This document shows positions 39,079 to 52,626 of a DNA stretch of 64,000 nucleotides, one piece after another (the stretch's first letter is position 1; each line of letters begins with the position of its first letter). The stretch is from Camelus dromedarius. Taxonomy: Eukaryota. The translations under genes and the position numbers were made by a program. The stretch covers positions 41,852,001 through 41,916,000 of the forward strand of contig NC_087436.1 in NCBI RefSeq assembly GCF_036321535.1. Reading direction: 5' to 3'. The notes beneath the pieces are model-generated. The model searched no databases, had not been told where the DNA came from, and worked only from the letters and a program-made list of their open reading frames with translations.

Positions 39079-42000
39079 TACATAACTTCAATTTTAAACT
39101 CCCCCCCTTTTTTTCTCTATTTTTTTCTCTATTACCCAAACTCCAACACTTTTTTTTTTACCTCTCTCTCCCTCCTCACACACATGTTCTTATATCTCAA
39201 TTAATTCACTATAGGTTTAATCCCTTGTATACACCTTCAACATCTGGCCATAACTCACAGGGAAAAACTCCAGCCATGTTTAAATCTAACTGTCCATTTA
39301 CCCCATTTATGACTCCAGTTGTTAAAGTTCATCAGAGAAAAACACACAATCACAATCTGATGCACTTTTAATTAATTCCCTCTTACCTTACAAAGGTGCT
39401 AGTGTTAACATGGTCATCTACACAACTACCCTAGTGCTGGGGTCTACCAAGCTGCTGGCTTAAGAGTATTCCCTGGAGTGCACAAGGACATTTCTAGCAT
39501 GAATGGTTTTAAGCGAATCAGTCACAACATCCTCAGCTTTCCTATGCCTTCTTTCTTGCACTTGGTCTACACGAGATGGCACCAAGATCCCAACGTTGTA
39601 CTTGTCTCCTTTTCCACTCTCCTTTGCATAATTGTCCTTTTCCCAATTTGTAAAAGAAAGACATTATTCCTCATCAACCTAAATTTTGCCACAGTGCATT
39701 ACTCAGTTACAGAACAAATAGCTTCAAAATATTGGTGTTGATAGAATACACTGACTAAACATGAATGAACAAATCCTGTTTCAAGTGGTTCAAGTCAAGT
39801 GGTTCCCATTATTGCTTTCAACAAAAGTAAGTGAACATCCTCAATAATTCTGGGAGGTGAGGGGGACACACAGTATGCATAAAGAAAGCCCTTCTTTAAG
39901 ATTCAAAAGAATTATTGTTTATTTGTTTACTATTGTTTGTTTTTTCCAAAAACTTTGATTCCACTCAATTTACCACACACAAAAAACATTATCCTAATGT
40001 ACTTTATGTATGGAAATATTTTGTTGTTCATATGCTCACATAACTTTCGCAAAATGTAATAACTTGAAATTTTATAACGTATTCCATTCCCTCTTTTCTG
40101 TAAAATTCTAAGCCTTAGAAAAGTATTCTTCTGGATTGAGTTAGCATTATCATTACTGAGATTTTGACCAGAATGCAGTGATCGTATAAACTTTGAAAAG
40201 GAATTAGTAAGCATAAAATATTTTATTTGAAATGATGTCTTAAGGATGCTGAACGAAGCCTTTTTTTCAATGAGTTTATGTTTTCATGAATAAATTTGAT
40301 TTATTTTAGAAACAGATTAGTTCAATATCAGTTCTTTCTACCTTTTGTTTTCATAACTGTAATGCTAAAAGCTTTGTTTGTATAACTAAGTAATTCGAAT
40401 TGGAAGTTGTCCTTTAGCAAAATGATTCAATTCTTTTAACTGCTTCCAAATGAGATGCTAAAAAAACCCCGGGAACAATCTCTCATTCCAAAAAAAAAAA
40501 AAAAAAAAATTCTCTTAAAAGATCTGTCAGCTAAACACTTGATTAGGTTACATGCTCCTTCAACTTTTTCAGGTAAAAAATTATAAACCTCCTGCTCTAT
40601 AAACAGAACGTATACCCGATCCTTAGAGTCCATTCTTTATTAAGTTTCTGGAAAGAGCACAAAAATACTTTCCCACATTTATCACATAACTACTTGCATA
40701 CTACAATTTACATAATGCCATTTTGTTTAATCTCGTACACTCAGGAAGTATTCGAAGAATAAAAATATTATATTTTTAATTTTATTTCAATTTAAACAAT
40801 GCATTTTTTCATAGGATTTTTTAATTGGAAATTAGAGAGGGAGACATAGATATATAGCCATCACAACTCTGGAGCTGTAGATTTGGCTCAATTAATTTCT
40901 TCAGCATATCTGCCATTAAAACTATTTGGCCTGGGCAGTCTTTACTGTCAGAACTATCAACTAAATCATACTTATTTACTCTCAGAAAAGTCTATCTTCA
41001 TTATTAAATTTAAAAAATACTTTCATCATAATATTAAAAACTACTCAAATAAATTAAAGACGCATCTTGTGAAATAGGTTACACAGCAAGCAGAATTAAA
41101 ATCAGATGGATCTAACTTCATTATCCTTATAAGGAGATGATAAATACATGTGCTATTCTCATGACTAATTTATAATAATGCTAATAATGTGTAACTAGAA
41201 TATTATAGATGGAGCAAGACAAACAATATGCTAAAAGTCTTACTTTTCCTTTGGTTAAACATGTGCCTGTCTATCCAGTATTTGGCTTGGGGAATATTTA
41301 TAATATTATAATAACATAATACTTACTAATAATAGTGATATAAAAACTCAGAAAGAATCCTACTAATTTCTGTAAGTTATATAAAAATAAGTATGTATAC
41401 TGTTAAAACATAGTGGGTCTGAAATATCACATAATTTTACTTTAACAGGTTTTAAAAATATTAAATATTTTAAAATGAAAAATAGTAATAGACTCTAATG
41501 GATAATTTTGTGATATAACTGATAACATAGTTTTTAAGTATCTTACTACTACAGATGAAAGAAATTCACACTTACATACTTTTTTTCTGGAGGTTTCATC
41601 TATTATATCTTGCAAAATTTAGAAGTCTTGGAAAATATTCCTATTCTATTTTAAAAAATGAATCCCACTAAGTGCTTAAACTGTTAGAATATATTTTGTA
41701 GTCTGACTAAAGATACAAACTTGGGAGGAATTTCAAAATTAGTTAAAATATATTTATTTAAATATGTGAAAATGAAGTCATTTTGGGAATTAATGCTTCA
41801 TGATGATTTTCTCTTTGATTTGCCCTCAGTGGACTTTCTGTCAAGTGCAATGAATTCTTTGACAGTAATTCAAAAAAGGAACGTATATTAATAAACAACT
41901 GTCATTACTCCTGTCACCCCATTTTTCAAAGTTCTAAATAATGTTCCAACAAATACAGGCTTAACAGAAGTTACCCTTAATACCAAATCTATATATGTGT

Positions 42001-43204
42001 GTATGAATCATCTATCTGATACACACACACATACCAAACAGGAAAAAATTAAAAACCTGATGTGTTTTTGATATTGATTAATGATTAAAAGAGGCTATCA
42101 TAAAATCAGTATTACGAATTATCCCTTTGGCCACCCCCATATACACCAAGAAGTTTTCACCTTGGGAAAATATACCACAGTATAACACAACTGAGGCAAC
42201 GGGTCTTTTACTGAGTAGCAGAAGGACTACCATGAATGCAGGCAAGTACTAAATATATTTTTAATAAAAAGAACATGTGAAAGATAAGGATCTGGACAGT
42301 GATTCCCTTGAAGTTAGTGTAGTTTGGGTTCCCTAGAAACAAGAGAATTGTTTTTCAAGAGATTAATTGAGGAAGGGCTTAGGAGGAGGACAACATGGAG
42401 GCAGGCTAGGGCAGGTTAAGGTAAAGAGGCAGGATCTCAGCTCGTAATCAGCTTTAGTCTTTTCCCAATGGGAAATCAGGCATGAGCTGCTTCACAGCCA
42501 TTGACCTGGGATAAGGGTAAGGTAGGCGGGTAGCTCTTCATAAACAGACTGGGCAAGTAGGCTCCTGTTTGGCCTAGATTAGAGAAGGAAGGAAACAGAG
42601 AAGGAAACAGCTGTGGACCATTAGCAAGACATCAAGAGACCTACTACAACTATACATAACCCCAATCCTTTGCCGTTTCTAGAATTAGTAGCTCGATATG
42701 GAGTTCATTGCTCATGGACTTTGCTTCAGCAATTCTCCCTTCCCTTTCCCCCATAAATTTTTCCTTCTATTATGTGAGACTGCAAGATCTAGAACATACT
42801 TATGAGAGTGGGTCCCTAAATAGCTTTCATATCTAAAAACACAGCCATTCCTTTCATAAAATATTCTTATGGAAATGACTAGAAGACTCAGTTGAAGTTG
42901 AATTCCTCTAAGAGATCTACATTCACTTACATCAATCTCCTAGGGGCATGATCAACAAAAGATAATCTTAATTAAATTACCCAGGGAGGGTTTTTGCATA
43001 AGTAGTATGATTTTGAAATTCAGATCTATGAGGATTGGCTTATGGTCCCAACTTCTTCCACCACCCAGGCTAATTTCCCCACCACTTAGGCAGATTTCCT
43101 TGTTCCTCTTCTATAAGGAAGGTTATTTTCCCCTTCCCCTTCAACTTTGAATGTAAAAACCTGGGTTCTCATTTTGGTAGGTTTCTCTTGTCAGACCTCA
43201 TTAG

Positions 43205-43500
43205 AGTTTTTCTAGGAGTAGAATTGCCAAGTTGTAGAGGATGCACATGTTCATTGTTATAATTAGTGCCAAACTGTTTTACAAAGTGATTCTACCAATT
43301 TTCTTTCCCTCTAGGAGAGTATAAAAGTTCCCATTGCTTCACATTCTTGCCACCACTTAACATTTCCAGACCTTCATCCTTCCCCATCTAGTGGGTGTGA
43401 AATAGCATCCATTGTGAGCTAATCTACATTGCCATGATTACTAATGAGCTTGAGCATCTTTTCATATGTTTATTAGCCATTTCTGTGAAATTTACATGGT
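43205..43500 (-). mobile_element. Old L1 (L1M/L1ME-type) fragment
   Basis: CTAGGAGTAGAATTGCC...GCCAAACTGTTTTACAAAGTG...GATTACTAATGAGCTTGAGCATCTTTTCATATGTTTATTAGCCATT. Confidence 0.75.
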
Positions 43501-44654
43501 CATTTTCTTTTTGGTCTTATTTTACTTGCTTAATTTGTCTGTCTATCCTTAAACATTCACACATAATTATATTGTATTGTTCATCTAATAACTCCAATAT
43601 CCAGTGTTCTTGGTGATCTAAATCTTTTTTTTTTCCTCCCCCACTGCTGATTTTTACTCATGTTTCCTTATGTGTTTGCAACATTTGATTTTGAGTTTAA
43701 TCTTTGAAAATATGTAGGGTCTAAACTTGGAGATGCTTCTCATCTGAGAAGATTTGTGTTTTCTCCTACTGCTGAATCAGTAGGAACAATTGACTTGGAA
43801 TATTTTGGCTCTTATGAATGAGACTGATTTAATTAGAAACTCTCTGGTTGACCCCCTCCATCTTGCCATCGCTCTAAGATTTATTTTGTTTCCCTATAAA
43901 ATACTAACATGGGTATTTGCCCTAGTGGAAAAAGCACCCTTTACCAGTACCTCCCCCTACTCACCGACTTCCTCTTATTGCTTCCTGCTCGTGGTTCAGC
44001 TTATATGTGTGTATGTGTGTGAGATTATTACTCCTGAATCTTCAGTCTTTCTTCTCTTAATTTTAGTGAGCACACCAATGTGAAATATATATGCCATTGT
44101 AATATGTTCCAAATCTTATTGTAATTTTATTGTCAATATCTGCATATAACCCACCATACTCTTAGAAGAATCAATCCCTACCTGTGTACAATTTGATTCT
44201 GAAATAAAAGTTCTGATCTGACTCAGTTTCTGTCCATACTTTAAATCAGTTTCTTTCAAGCTATGTGACATAAAAATAATTTAGTAGGTTGTAAGCAAGA
44301 TGCATCAAATATGAAAGCAAATTATTATTCTGAGTGTATTAAAATTTTACCAGCAAAGCTTTAATGAGTCATATAAAAATTCATTTTTGTGGTCATGGTA
44401 AAAATTTTGAAAGTCACTGCTCTAAGCTGCCCTCAAAAGCTACTCCTATAACATCTTTTTTGATTCCTCAAGCTGTAATTTCTCCTTCCTTGGAAATACC
44501 ATGGCATTTTGATTATATTACTCATATAATATTTCATGAGGTAACCTTTTCAACAACATCCCTTCTTTATTTCATTTATTCAGTATTTATTTCATTAGTA
44601 ATGTGTGACAAGCAATAAGCATTCTTGGTATCTTATTTAATTCAGAACAAGTTA

Positions 44655-44812
44655 TGAATATTATTTGCCCATCTGACAGATGAGGAAAGTGATGTTCTAA
44701 GAGACATTAGACAGTTTGTCCGTGACCTCACAGTTATTTCATTGATTGATCCAGGACTCTAATCCAGGTCTCTCATACTAAAAATCTATGGTCTTCACTT
44801 TATCATGCTGCC
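44655..44812 (-). mobile_element. MIR SINE
   Basis: CCCATCTGACAGATGAGGAAAGTGA...GACCTCACAG...GGACTCTAATCCAGGTCT. Confidence 0.7.
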
Positions 44813-45359
44813 TTTATGAAACGCTAAACTGTGGTTCTTGACTTCATTTTTTGGCAAAAGATATGGCCCCTGATGAACAGTTGTATATTACCAATACTCA
44901 TAAATGTATCTTGTATAAAGATAATACTGAGCAATTCCTGATGAGCTGGATATACATATAATAGTTTATTTTCTCCAGTCAATAAAATATGTAGAAATAA
45001 AAGTACATTTTAGTGATAACTTTGAATCAACTTTATGCCATTTTTAAAATATACCTCATTCTCAAACCTTGGGGACTGTAGCTCATACTAAACATTCTTA
45101 TACTACCTCTGCCAACTATGACACACATTCTAGTGTATTAGTAGAAGACCATGACTGAGGACCAGTACTTTGAAGGACACAGTATTGGATTTCATTCTGA
45201 ATTTTAGCTATAATTTTATTTATATCTTGACTTGATTTTTAAAAGTGATTTTTAAATTGATAGGATATTTCTGGTTTCTTTATGGTCCGAGTCCAGACGA
45301 AGAGTAGGTACTGTTTTTTATATCTAAGCAGCACGTGTAGTGGGTTAAACAAGTTAAAT

Positions 45360-45612
45360 CTGCATTTCCCAAACTGTGTACCTCAGTACCTGGGGTGCAC
45401 AGTAACCTGCCAGGAGTGCCACAGGATCTTTCAAATATTTGAGAGAAACACAGGGACATCTCCCAGGTACCACAGATACTACCATTATTAGGTTTGAGAA
45501 ACCAAACATGTAATAATGGAACTTTGGATATTTCCCTTGGTCTAGGAATACCATGAAATAAATTACTGAGACATTGAAAGTGCTGTGAATGGAAAAAGTT
45601 TGGGAACCACTG
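45360..45612. mobile_element. hAT-Charlie MITE with terminal inverted repeats
   Basis: Imperfect TIRs CTGCATTTCCCAAACT ... AGTTTGGGAACCACTG. Confidence 0.7.
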
Positions 45613-46479
45613 ACATAGAAACAGAGAGCCAACTCTCTGTTTAAGTCACCGATCTGTCAGTTGCAAAGACATATAGTATATAATGTTTACAGTACTTGTA
45701 AACTCTTTGTTAAATAAATTTAATATGTAAATTATTGTATCTCTAGCATCACCCTTGGAAGTTGGCATATAATAGGCACTTGATAAATATTTGATGACAG
45801 TGAATAAATAACTGTCTAACTAAGTCCTTTCCAAGAAGCCTTTACTTCGTAAGGAAAAAATTACCACCTGTTTTTTATTTCTTAAGTTACTCCACAAATA
45901 TCTAAGGGGCATAGTCTTTACTGAGTGTATGTTGAGAAAATTCAAAGCTATAGACAGGGACTCAGACATCTCACAAGTACATAATGTGATCTGTCAGAAA
46001 AAAAAATAAATGAAAAATACCAAATTCTGGGGATAATGATCAGTAACATCCTTGGAATGAAAAGGAGAGTGATATCAAAGCTCTGTGATTAAAATAACTT
46101 CAAAACAAGACATTAAATCCTTTTCCTTAACAATCGTATTTCAGTGATACACTTTCAATCAGAGGTAATCCTTCTCAGAGAATGCCATTAGCCAGTCTGT
46201 CAGCACAGGGCTAACCAGAAATCACCTTGAACTGATTTGCATTATAGCCATATTTAATATTGAGGATTTTCTAAAAATCTGTTTGAATTTTCCTTCAATG
46301 AACTGTGAAAGTTCTTCTGGAAGACTGAGGCAACTGATAAATAATTACATGTATTTAAAAAGTTATATTTAGTAAATAATAAAATAAGAGATACAGGGAA
46401 AAAAGCAGTCACTTGTTAACTAATTTGTCTAAAAGTTATCTTTAACGTACTCTGTATTTTCTATAAATTGAGAGTTGGG

Positions 46480-46765
46480 TCTAGAGACTAGATGAGATTC
46501 AGGCTCAATATCTGAGTAAGGCTCCTTCAAAAAAAGGGTTATCCTCTTTCATCTGGAGACACATAACGTCTGGCTGTCTCCTTTTGTTTGCTTTTAGCAG
46601 CCATTAATGATCAATGCCTAGATCAATTAATTCATTAGGAGTTGTGAAATGATGATACTGTAATTCCTTCTTTATTCATTAACTAGAGTACCTCTAGAAA
46701 GAGAAAGTTCTCTTCTATTCAGTTATTTGTGGCACAGTTCATAAAGGAAAGGTGAAATAAATGCC
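46480..46765 (-). mobile_element. Old L1 3'UTR fragment (L1MC/ME-like)
   Basis: TAGCAGCCATTAATGATCAATGCCTAGATCAATTAATTCATTAGG motif. Confidence 0.6.
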
Positions 46766-48268
46766 ATGAGCACCATGAAGGATGCTCGCTGTTTTCATAT
46801 CAAATACATTATCTGTTTAAATGTCATATTCCCAACTCATACTTGACCACAAGGTTTCATTTCTGTCTCGCATGTATATCTCCTTTATGCAATGCTGAGA
46901 GGTCGTCAACGACACTGAGAATACTTGAAGAGGACATAAATGACTTATTTCCTGTAACTTACGACTCCAACTCTTTTGTAGTTCCTTTACTTCTTAAGAT
47001 ATATTCCAGTAGAAAAGTACAGGACAGTCATTTTGATTAAAAGGCTGATTTGATAGTAGCCTACTGCGTGGTTATTCCTCTGACTGGATGCACATTTATC
47101 TTCATTTCTTTCATTTCATTTTTAACATTTATAGATTGCTTTTTAAAAAATAATTTTAAAAATATATAAATTTATCACATGCTTCCAAAGAAAAATTCAC
47201 CAAAGAATATTCGAAGAAGTCTAGTATTTATGTCTGTCTTCATTCTATTCCATCAATCCCATATAGGTTACCTTTTCAAAAAACTAGCTTTGATTTATCC
47301 TTTTATTTTTTAAAAATAGAAGTAGATACCTATGTACTACTCATACTCCCCTCTTTTTTAGATAAATGCTATTATACAATACAAACTCTTCTGTATGTTA
47401 ATTTTTTTTTCTTAACAAGAGAAACTGGAGATGAATTCATACTAGTATGGAGAGATATACAGCATATTATTGGATTTAGACTTAAGCAGTATGAATACAT
47501 TTTCTTCTAACAGATGAGTTAAGCCATTATATTTATTGATTAATCAAATTGTATAGCTTTGGTTCTGTTATATTATGCATATATGTGCACAGACACACAA
47601 ACATCTTGTATCAATGCATTTGCCCTGCTTTCATTCCGTGCTTAATTTGGATTTACTGCTAACAGATTTTTTTCCCCGACTCAGTATAGACTTTGTTCAA
47701 ACTGAAAGCTTCTGTTCGTTTGTTCTGAATTCCATATGCCCAGATCTCTCTAATTCCTGTAACTGTACGTTTTCCTTGGGCTCATTTGTTTAAGGACACA
47801 TGTCTGTTCTCAGGTGTTTCACACTTTGCTCCCTCCCCTACAGGTGCTGTAACTACATTAATCTCTTGCCTGTAGGTAGTTTGACCCTACACTTTCATTT
47901 TGAGGGTTTCATTGGACTAACTGCTCACCTACTTTTGTATTAGATGTAGTCTCTGGTTTCTAGTTTCCCTATATTTCTATGTTTGTGGGATATTCAGAGA
48001 GATATGTTGCTGTAACCATATTCTCAGAATATTTCTTATAACTTAATTTTTAAAGCAGAAAAGTCACATGTTAAAAAACTTACATGCTTATTAACAGCTT
48101 CTTTAATGCTTTGAAAATAAATGATAATAAGTCTTTATTTGAAGGTAGAATATTGATATTAGAGATGGGGTAAGTCCAGTTTTTTTCATTTGTTGAATGT
48201 TAAATTTAACGAATGGACATTAGGCCATTGGACCCTTTTTCAGACTTGGTTTTGCTTCACTGGCTTTC

Positions 48269-48344
48269 CTTTTTTTCTTTTTTTTTTTTTTTCTTTTCTT
48301 TTTGTTTTTTTGTTTTGTTTTGTTTTTTGTTTTTGTTTTTTTTT
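48269..48344. repeat. T-rich (TTTTG)n low-complexity tract
   Basis: Seen directly. Confidence 0.85.
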
Positions 48345-51300
48345 GCAAAAGATCAGAGAAATTTCTGGCTTCTTTGATGGTATTCATAACACCCTTCTTT
48401 TGCAGAAATATGAATACCATCCTTTTTCTATTGTCTATTCTTTCCCCAGCTTTCCCCTCCTGTTACCTCTGAAGTTAAGAAAAAATCCAATTATAATGAT
48501 TTTCTTAGCCAACAGCCACATAAAAAAGATTGAAGATAGCAAAAAGAAAAAAAAGGGGGGGGGTAGTTAGGTTATTGGACTTCCTAAAATTTATTGCAGT
48601 TGTCCCTGTTTATAGTTTCTCACTCTTTTATGAAATGGTAAAGAAAAGCCCACTTGAGTACATTCACCCCCTAAACAAACATTAATTGAACAGGTATAAA
48701 GTGTAGGGCACTGTGCTTGATTCTAGACACACAAAATATACAGTCTGTTCTATCTAGATGAGGTTTTGACTTCTGTTTTTAATCCCCACTTTCTGATTTT
48801 GGCTTCAGATGCAAAGTCAAAACATGCATTTAACATAGAAGAAGAGTCACCTGTGAACTTACCTCAAATTCCCATCTTTGATGGCCTGTTTATTCCAAAG
48901 GGTCATTCTCCCATCCTCTGCTTGCTCCTTTCAGATATTTCCTCATAAATATATTTCTTCTACTTTAAGTGTAAGGTTTTGAAGCTGGCATAATATTGTG
49001 GCTTAAGTCACTGAATACCAAAATCATTCATGATGACTCAGAACTGATGCCAACTAGAATTACTAGCACCCTAACTTTGGCCTCCAGCATTAGCTATTTA
49101 TTGGAAGTTGTTCAAACTAATTATTTATCCATTAATTCTAAAAATATTGAACACATGTGAGATTCTAGATACTACATTTATGCCCTGGAGATATTTTTAA
49201 AAGTCCCTGATCACAGAGAACATTCTGAAATGTCTGTACATCATATATACATAAACATACATGTATAAATATGCATACATGTAACAAGATAGCAAGAACA
49301 ACCAAAAATTCTGTTACTGAGGATTTGCATGATGTGTAGGTAGATACTTCAAAAGATGAAATTACATCTTTCTCAGTTAGCTATGGATTCACAGACTCAA
49401 CTTTTGGTCCACAAATTAGCAAGTATATGTTTAACATTCAGAAGTCACCCATATCTTCTTCAGCTCCCCAGTGGTACATTTTGCTTATTTACCTTGACTT
49501 GTCTTGCTTTGACTCTATTTCCATGGGTCGTTACTCTAGCAGTGTTCACTGTGTTACAGATTACTCTCACCTCTCCATCTTATTTCTTTCTGGAAAGCTC
49601 ATTAATGCTCGCCATCCTTACAAAAGAAAGAGAACCTTAGGGTTACAGCCTCATTGATCTTAGTTAAGTCATTCTCTCTTTTCGTGAAAGCTCTTGTCGC
49701 ATACACATTCCTTCTCTGTCCTCCCCCCACCATTCCTCTTTCACCTCTTCCATTTGGATAAAAATATTATAAGTATAAAAATAAACAGATATGAAGAGTA
49801 TTATGTAATTGTATTCATTATTCAATATCAAAATGTTGAAAAATTTTGTTTCTATTGAATATTGATTTTGTTTTAATATCTTTATAGTTAAGACTGTCTT
49901 TAGACATCAGAGACTTGAGGTAGATATTTCATATATCATTAAAGTGTACCTTTAGGTTGATTCTGTATATATAGAAAAGATGCACAAACTTGCAGTAAAA
50001 ATCCTGGTAAAGAATTTGAGTTTTAACATCTGCCTGTTATATAACCTTGGGAAATTCATTAATCTCTTGTTGTAGAATCTTCACTTATAAAGGAAGAATA
50101 AATAAGGATTTTTATTTTCATCCTTCTGCTGAAATGACTAGATAAAGTGATGTATTTTAGATCACTTTATAAATTATAAATATTTAGTATTATTTCTTTT
50201 TCTTGTTAGAAAATTTATACTGTTTATTTATACCACATACATTCACATATGTAATTACTATATTTAAAATTATAGAAATGTATAGTTTATACTAAATCTG
50301 TGTTTTAAAATGAATAGTTTATAGCTGTAAACTGTTGCAACCAGAGATGTTTTATATTAAAATAATAAGAAAGTAAACAGAAAAATCATAGTTTTCTTTA
50401 AAACTTGTGTTCCAAAGATCTTTTAAAGAAAAAGCTCTGTTAAAAAAATTATACAGTAGTCAACTTACAGAAGATTTCCTGACCAATGAAAATTTTCCTC
50501 CTTTGAGAAGTAAGATTTTTGAAATAAGAAACACAATTACATTTACATTTTTAGTAATTCTGAGTTCCTCCACTACCTATTAAAACTGCTATGCCTTAAT
50601 AAACAATCAAAGAAAGCAGTCTAACTAATCACTTATTTGAATCTTTGTTTCCCAAGATAACTACTCAAAAGCTTAGAATCCCAATTATCTTGGCCTGCAT
50701 ACAGTGGCATAAGATAAATCCAAGCTATGCTCTCATTATCTTTCTGTATCCTTACTGGTAATGACATTTTCCATTTTACGTAGAGTTCTATAATTGACTT
50801 TCAATAAATGAACTAGATTTTCTGCTACATTCTTGGTATGCAGCTGACAAAGGAGGCGCTGACCAGGGAGTCAGGAATCAACATGGTACTTCTAGACCCA
50901 TATGTGACTGATATATTCACTGGTTTTAAACATTCACTACGCACATATCCTTATGTCGAATGTTCTTACTCCTTAACTGGTAGTTCAGATAGGTACACTT
51001 ACAGAATAAAAGTCAACTGATTAAACATTTCATTAGGTTCTCTTAAAACCAAAAACATGCCATTGTAGGTTAAATAACATGGCATGTATTTTAATCTCCA
51101 AATTTAAGGGTGACTATAAATCATATTTCCATAGTCACTCATTACTTTTCAAGCATGTCACACATGCATTTTGTTTACCTCTTCTATAGTTTCTATATCC
51201 CTTGTCTAAACAGTCCCTGTGACTCTCTTTCCTTGTATTATCTTACCTTAAAGAACCAGCTCCAATCCTAAAACCATGTAGACTTTACTCATTACTTCAG

Positions 51301-51639
51301 CTATGACCTTCATCTTTTCACAAATCGGAGCTTTTGTTTTCTGTTTTTCTGTGTCACATAATGAAATACTATCTAGTGAAATTTATTTTATTCTATTTTG
51401 CATATTCCTATTGTTTAAGTTAGACAATCTTTTTTTAACCACAAATTTTCATGGCCTTAATGGTATGGATTCTCTGGTTTGAGGGGATGATATTAAATAT
51501 ATGGTAAACAAGTATAAGCTGCAAGCAAATGAAATATCAGAATAATGGGTTAGTATTTGACTATGTTCTAGAATACAACAATCTTTGGAAAAAATAAAAG
51601 AAAATTGTAACACCAGTAATTCAGTCCCTCAAAGACTAT

Positions 51640-51961
51640 TTTGTTCATTTGAGTACTTTGAGGATAGATGCCAAGTTGAGATTAGACATGCAAGAAATTT
51701 GTTGGAAGGAAGGAGGATGGAGAAGAGATGCTAGATAAATGAGAAATCCTTGATCCAGAGATACCCATTAAATGAGTCATGTTTCTCACAGGAATAGTCC
51801 TGAGTTAGCATCCCTGCTGTGCTCAGTGATCAGGTGGGAGTAGGATGGTGTGGAACACTTGGTGCAAAAGGGGATCATGGATCCAAGGGACCACCCCTGG
51901 GGTCATCAATCAGGGATGCTCCCTTAGGAGATGAGAATAGAGCATTTTCGTGGTCATCACA
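51640..51961 (-). mobile_element. Degraded ERVL-type LTR (LTR33/LTR41/LTR16 group)
   Basis: AGATGCCAAGTTGAGATTAGACATGCAAGAAATTTGTTGG start, ending in CACA. Confidence 0.45.
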
Positions 51962-52164
51962 ATTATCAAGACGATATTTTGGTTATTTTCTCCCAATCGT
52001 TTTAAGGTATATATATTCTAGAAGAAAGTAATAGAATTTTGAATCCTGCATATTTCTATTTACTATTATAACATAAGCACCTCAAATGTGATTTAAGTTG
52101 TTGTAAAGATTTATTAATCATTCCATAATATTTTATTAGTGTTTTAATCACCTCCATGTCACCC

Positions 52165-52626
52165 TGTTGTGAAGGTGGCTGAACACGTAATACTTGACAC
52201 TGGACAGATAAGATCAATAGCAGTTTATTGCTCATATATACTCACAGCTTGAAAAAAAAAAGGAAGACACCACATATCATGCAGGGCCACGTGGGGCTGT
52301 ACTTGGGAAGAGAGTGAACAACCAGAGGCTGTAGGAGACAGGCTTTGTATCATCAAGAGGACAGGGTGCCTCTAGCTCTTACTGGAAGATAAAATTGACT
52401 TCTTCAAAAAATTCTGCAGGCTGGCAGGGAACTGAAGCTTGCTGTTCAAGAATAAGGAGGAACTCTGCCTGGTCGCTTGATAAGGAGGATTTTTGGCTAG
52501 GGGACCTTTTCTGCTGGAGCAAAGTGAGAAGGGGAACTTGTGGTTAGGCCCTTCGAGGCCCCCTCTATTCACCAGATGTCAAAGCAGCGCATAATTAATA
52601 AGAGTATTAATATGCCTTATACCACA
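52165..52626 (-). mobile_element. MER74-like ERVL solo LTR
   Basis: Minus strand begins TGTGGTATAAGGC...TTATGCGCTGCTTTGACATCTGGTGAA...GGCCTCGAAGGGCCTAACCACAAGTTCCCC, has AATAAA near its end, and TG...CA termini. Confidence 0.7.

Noticed and set aside
38919..39371. 150-aa ORF and opposite-strand 65-aa ORF
   Set aside because: Spans an L1 boundary; the recognisable part is a decayed L1 ORF2p C-terminus.
48190..48570. 126-aa Phe-rich ORF
   Set aside because: Produced by the T-rich low-complexity tract.
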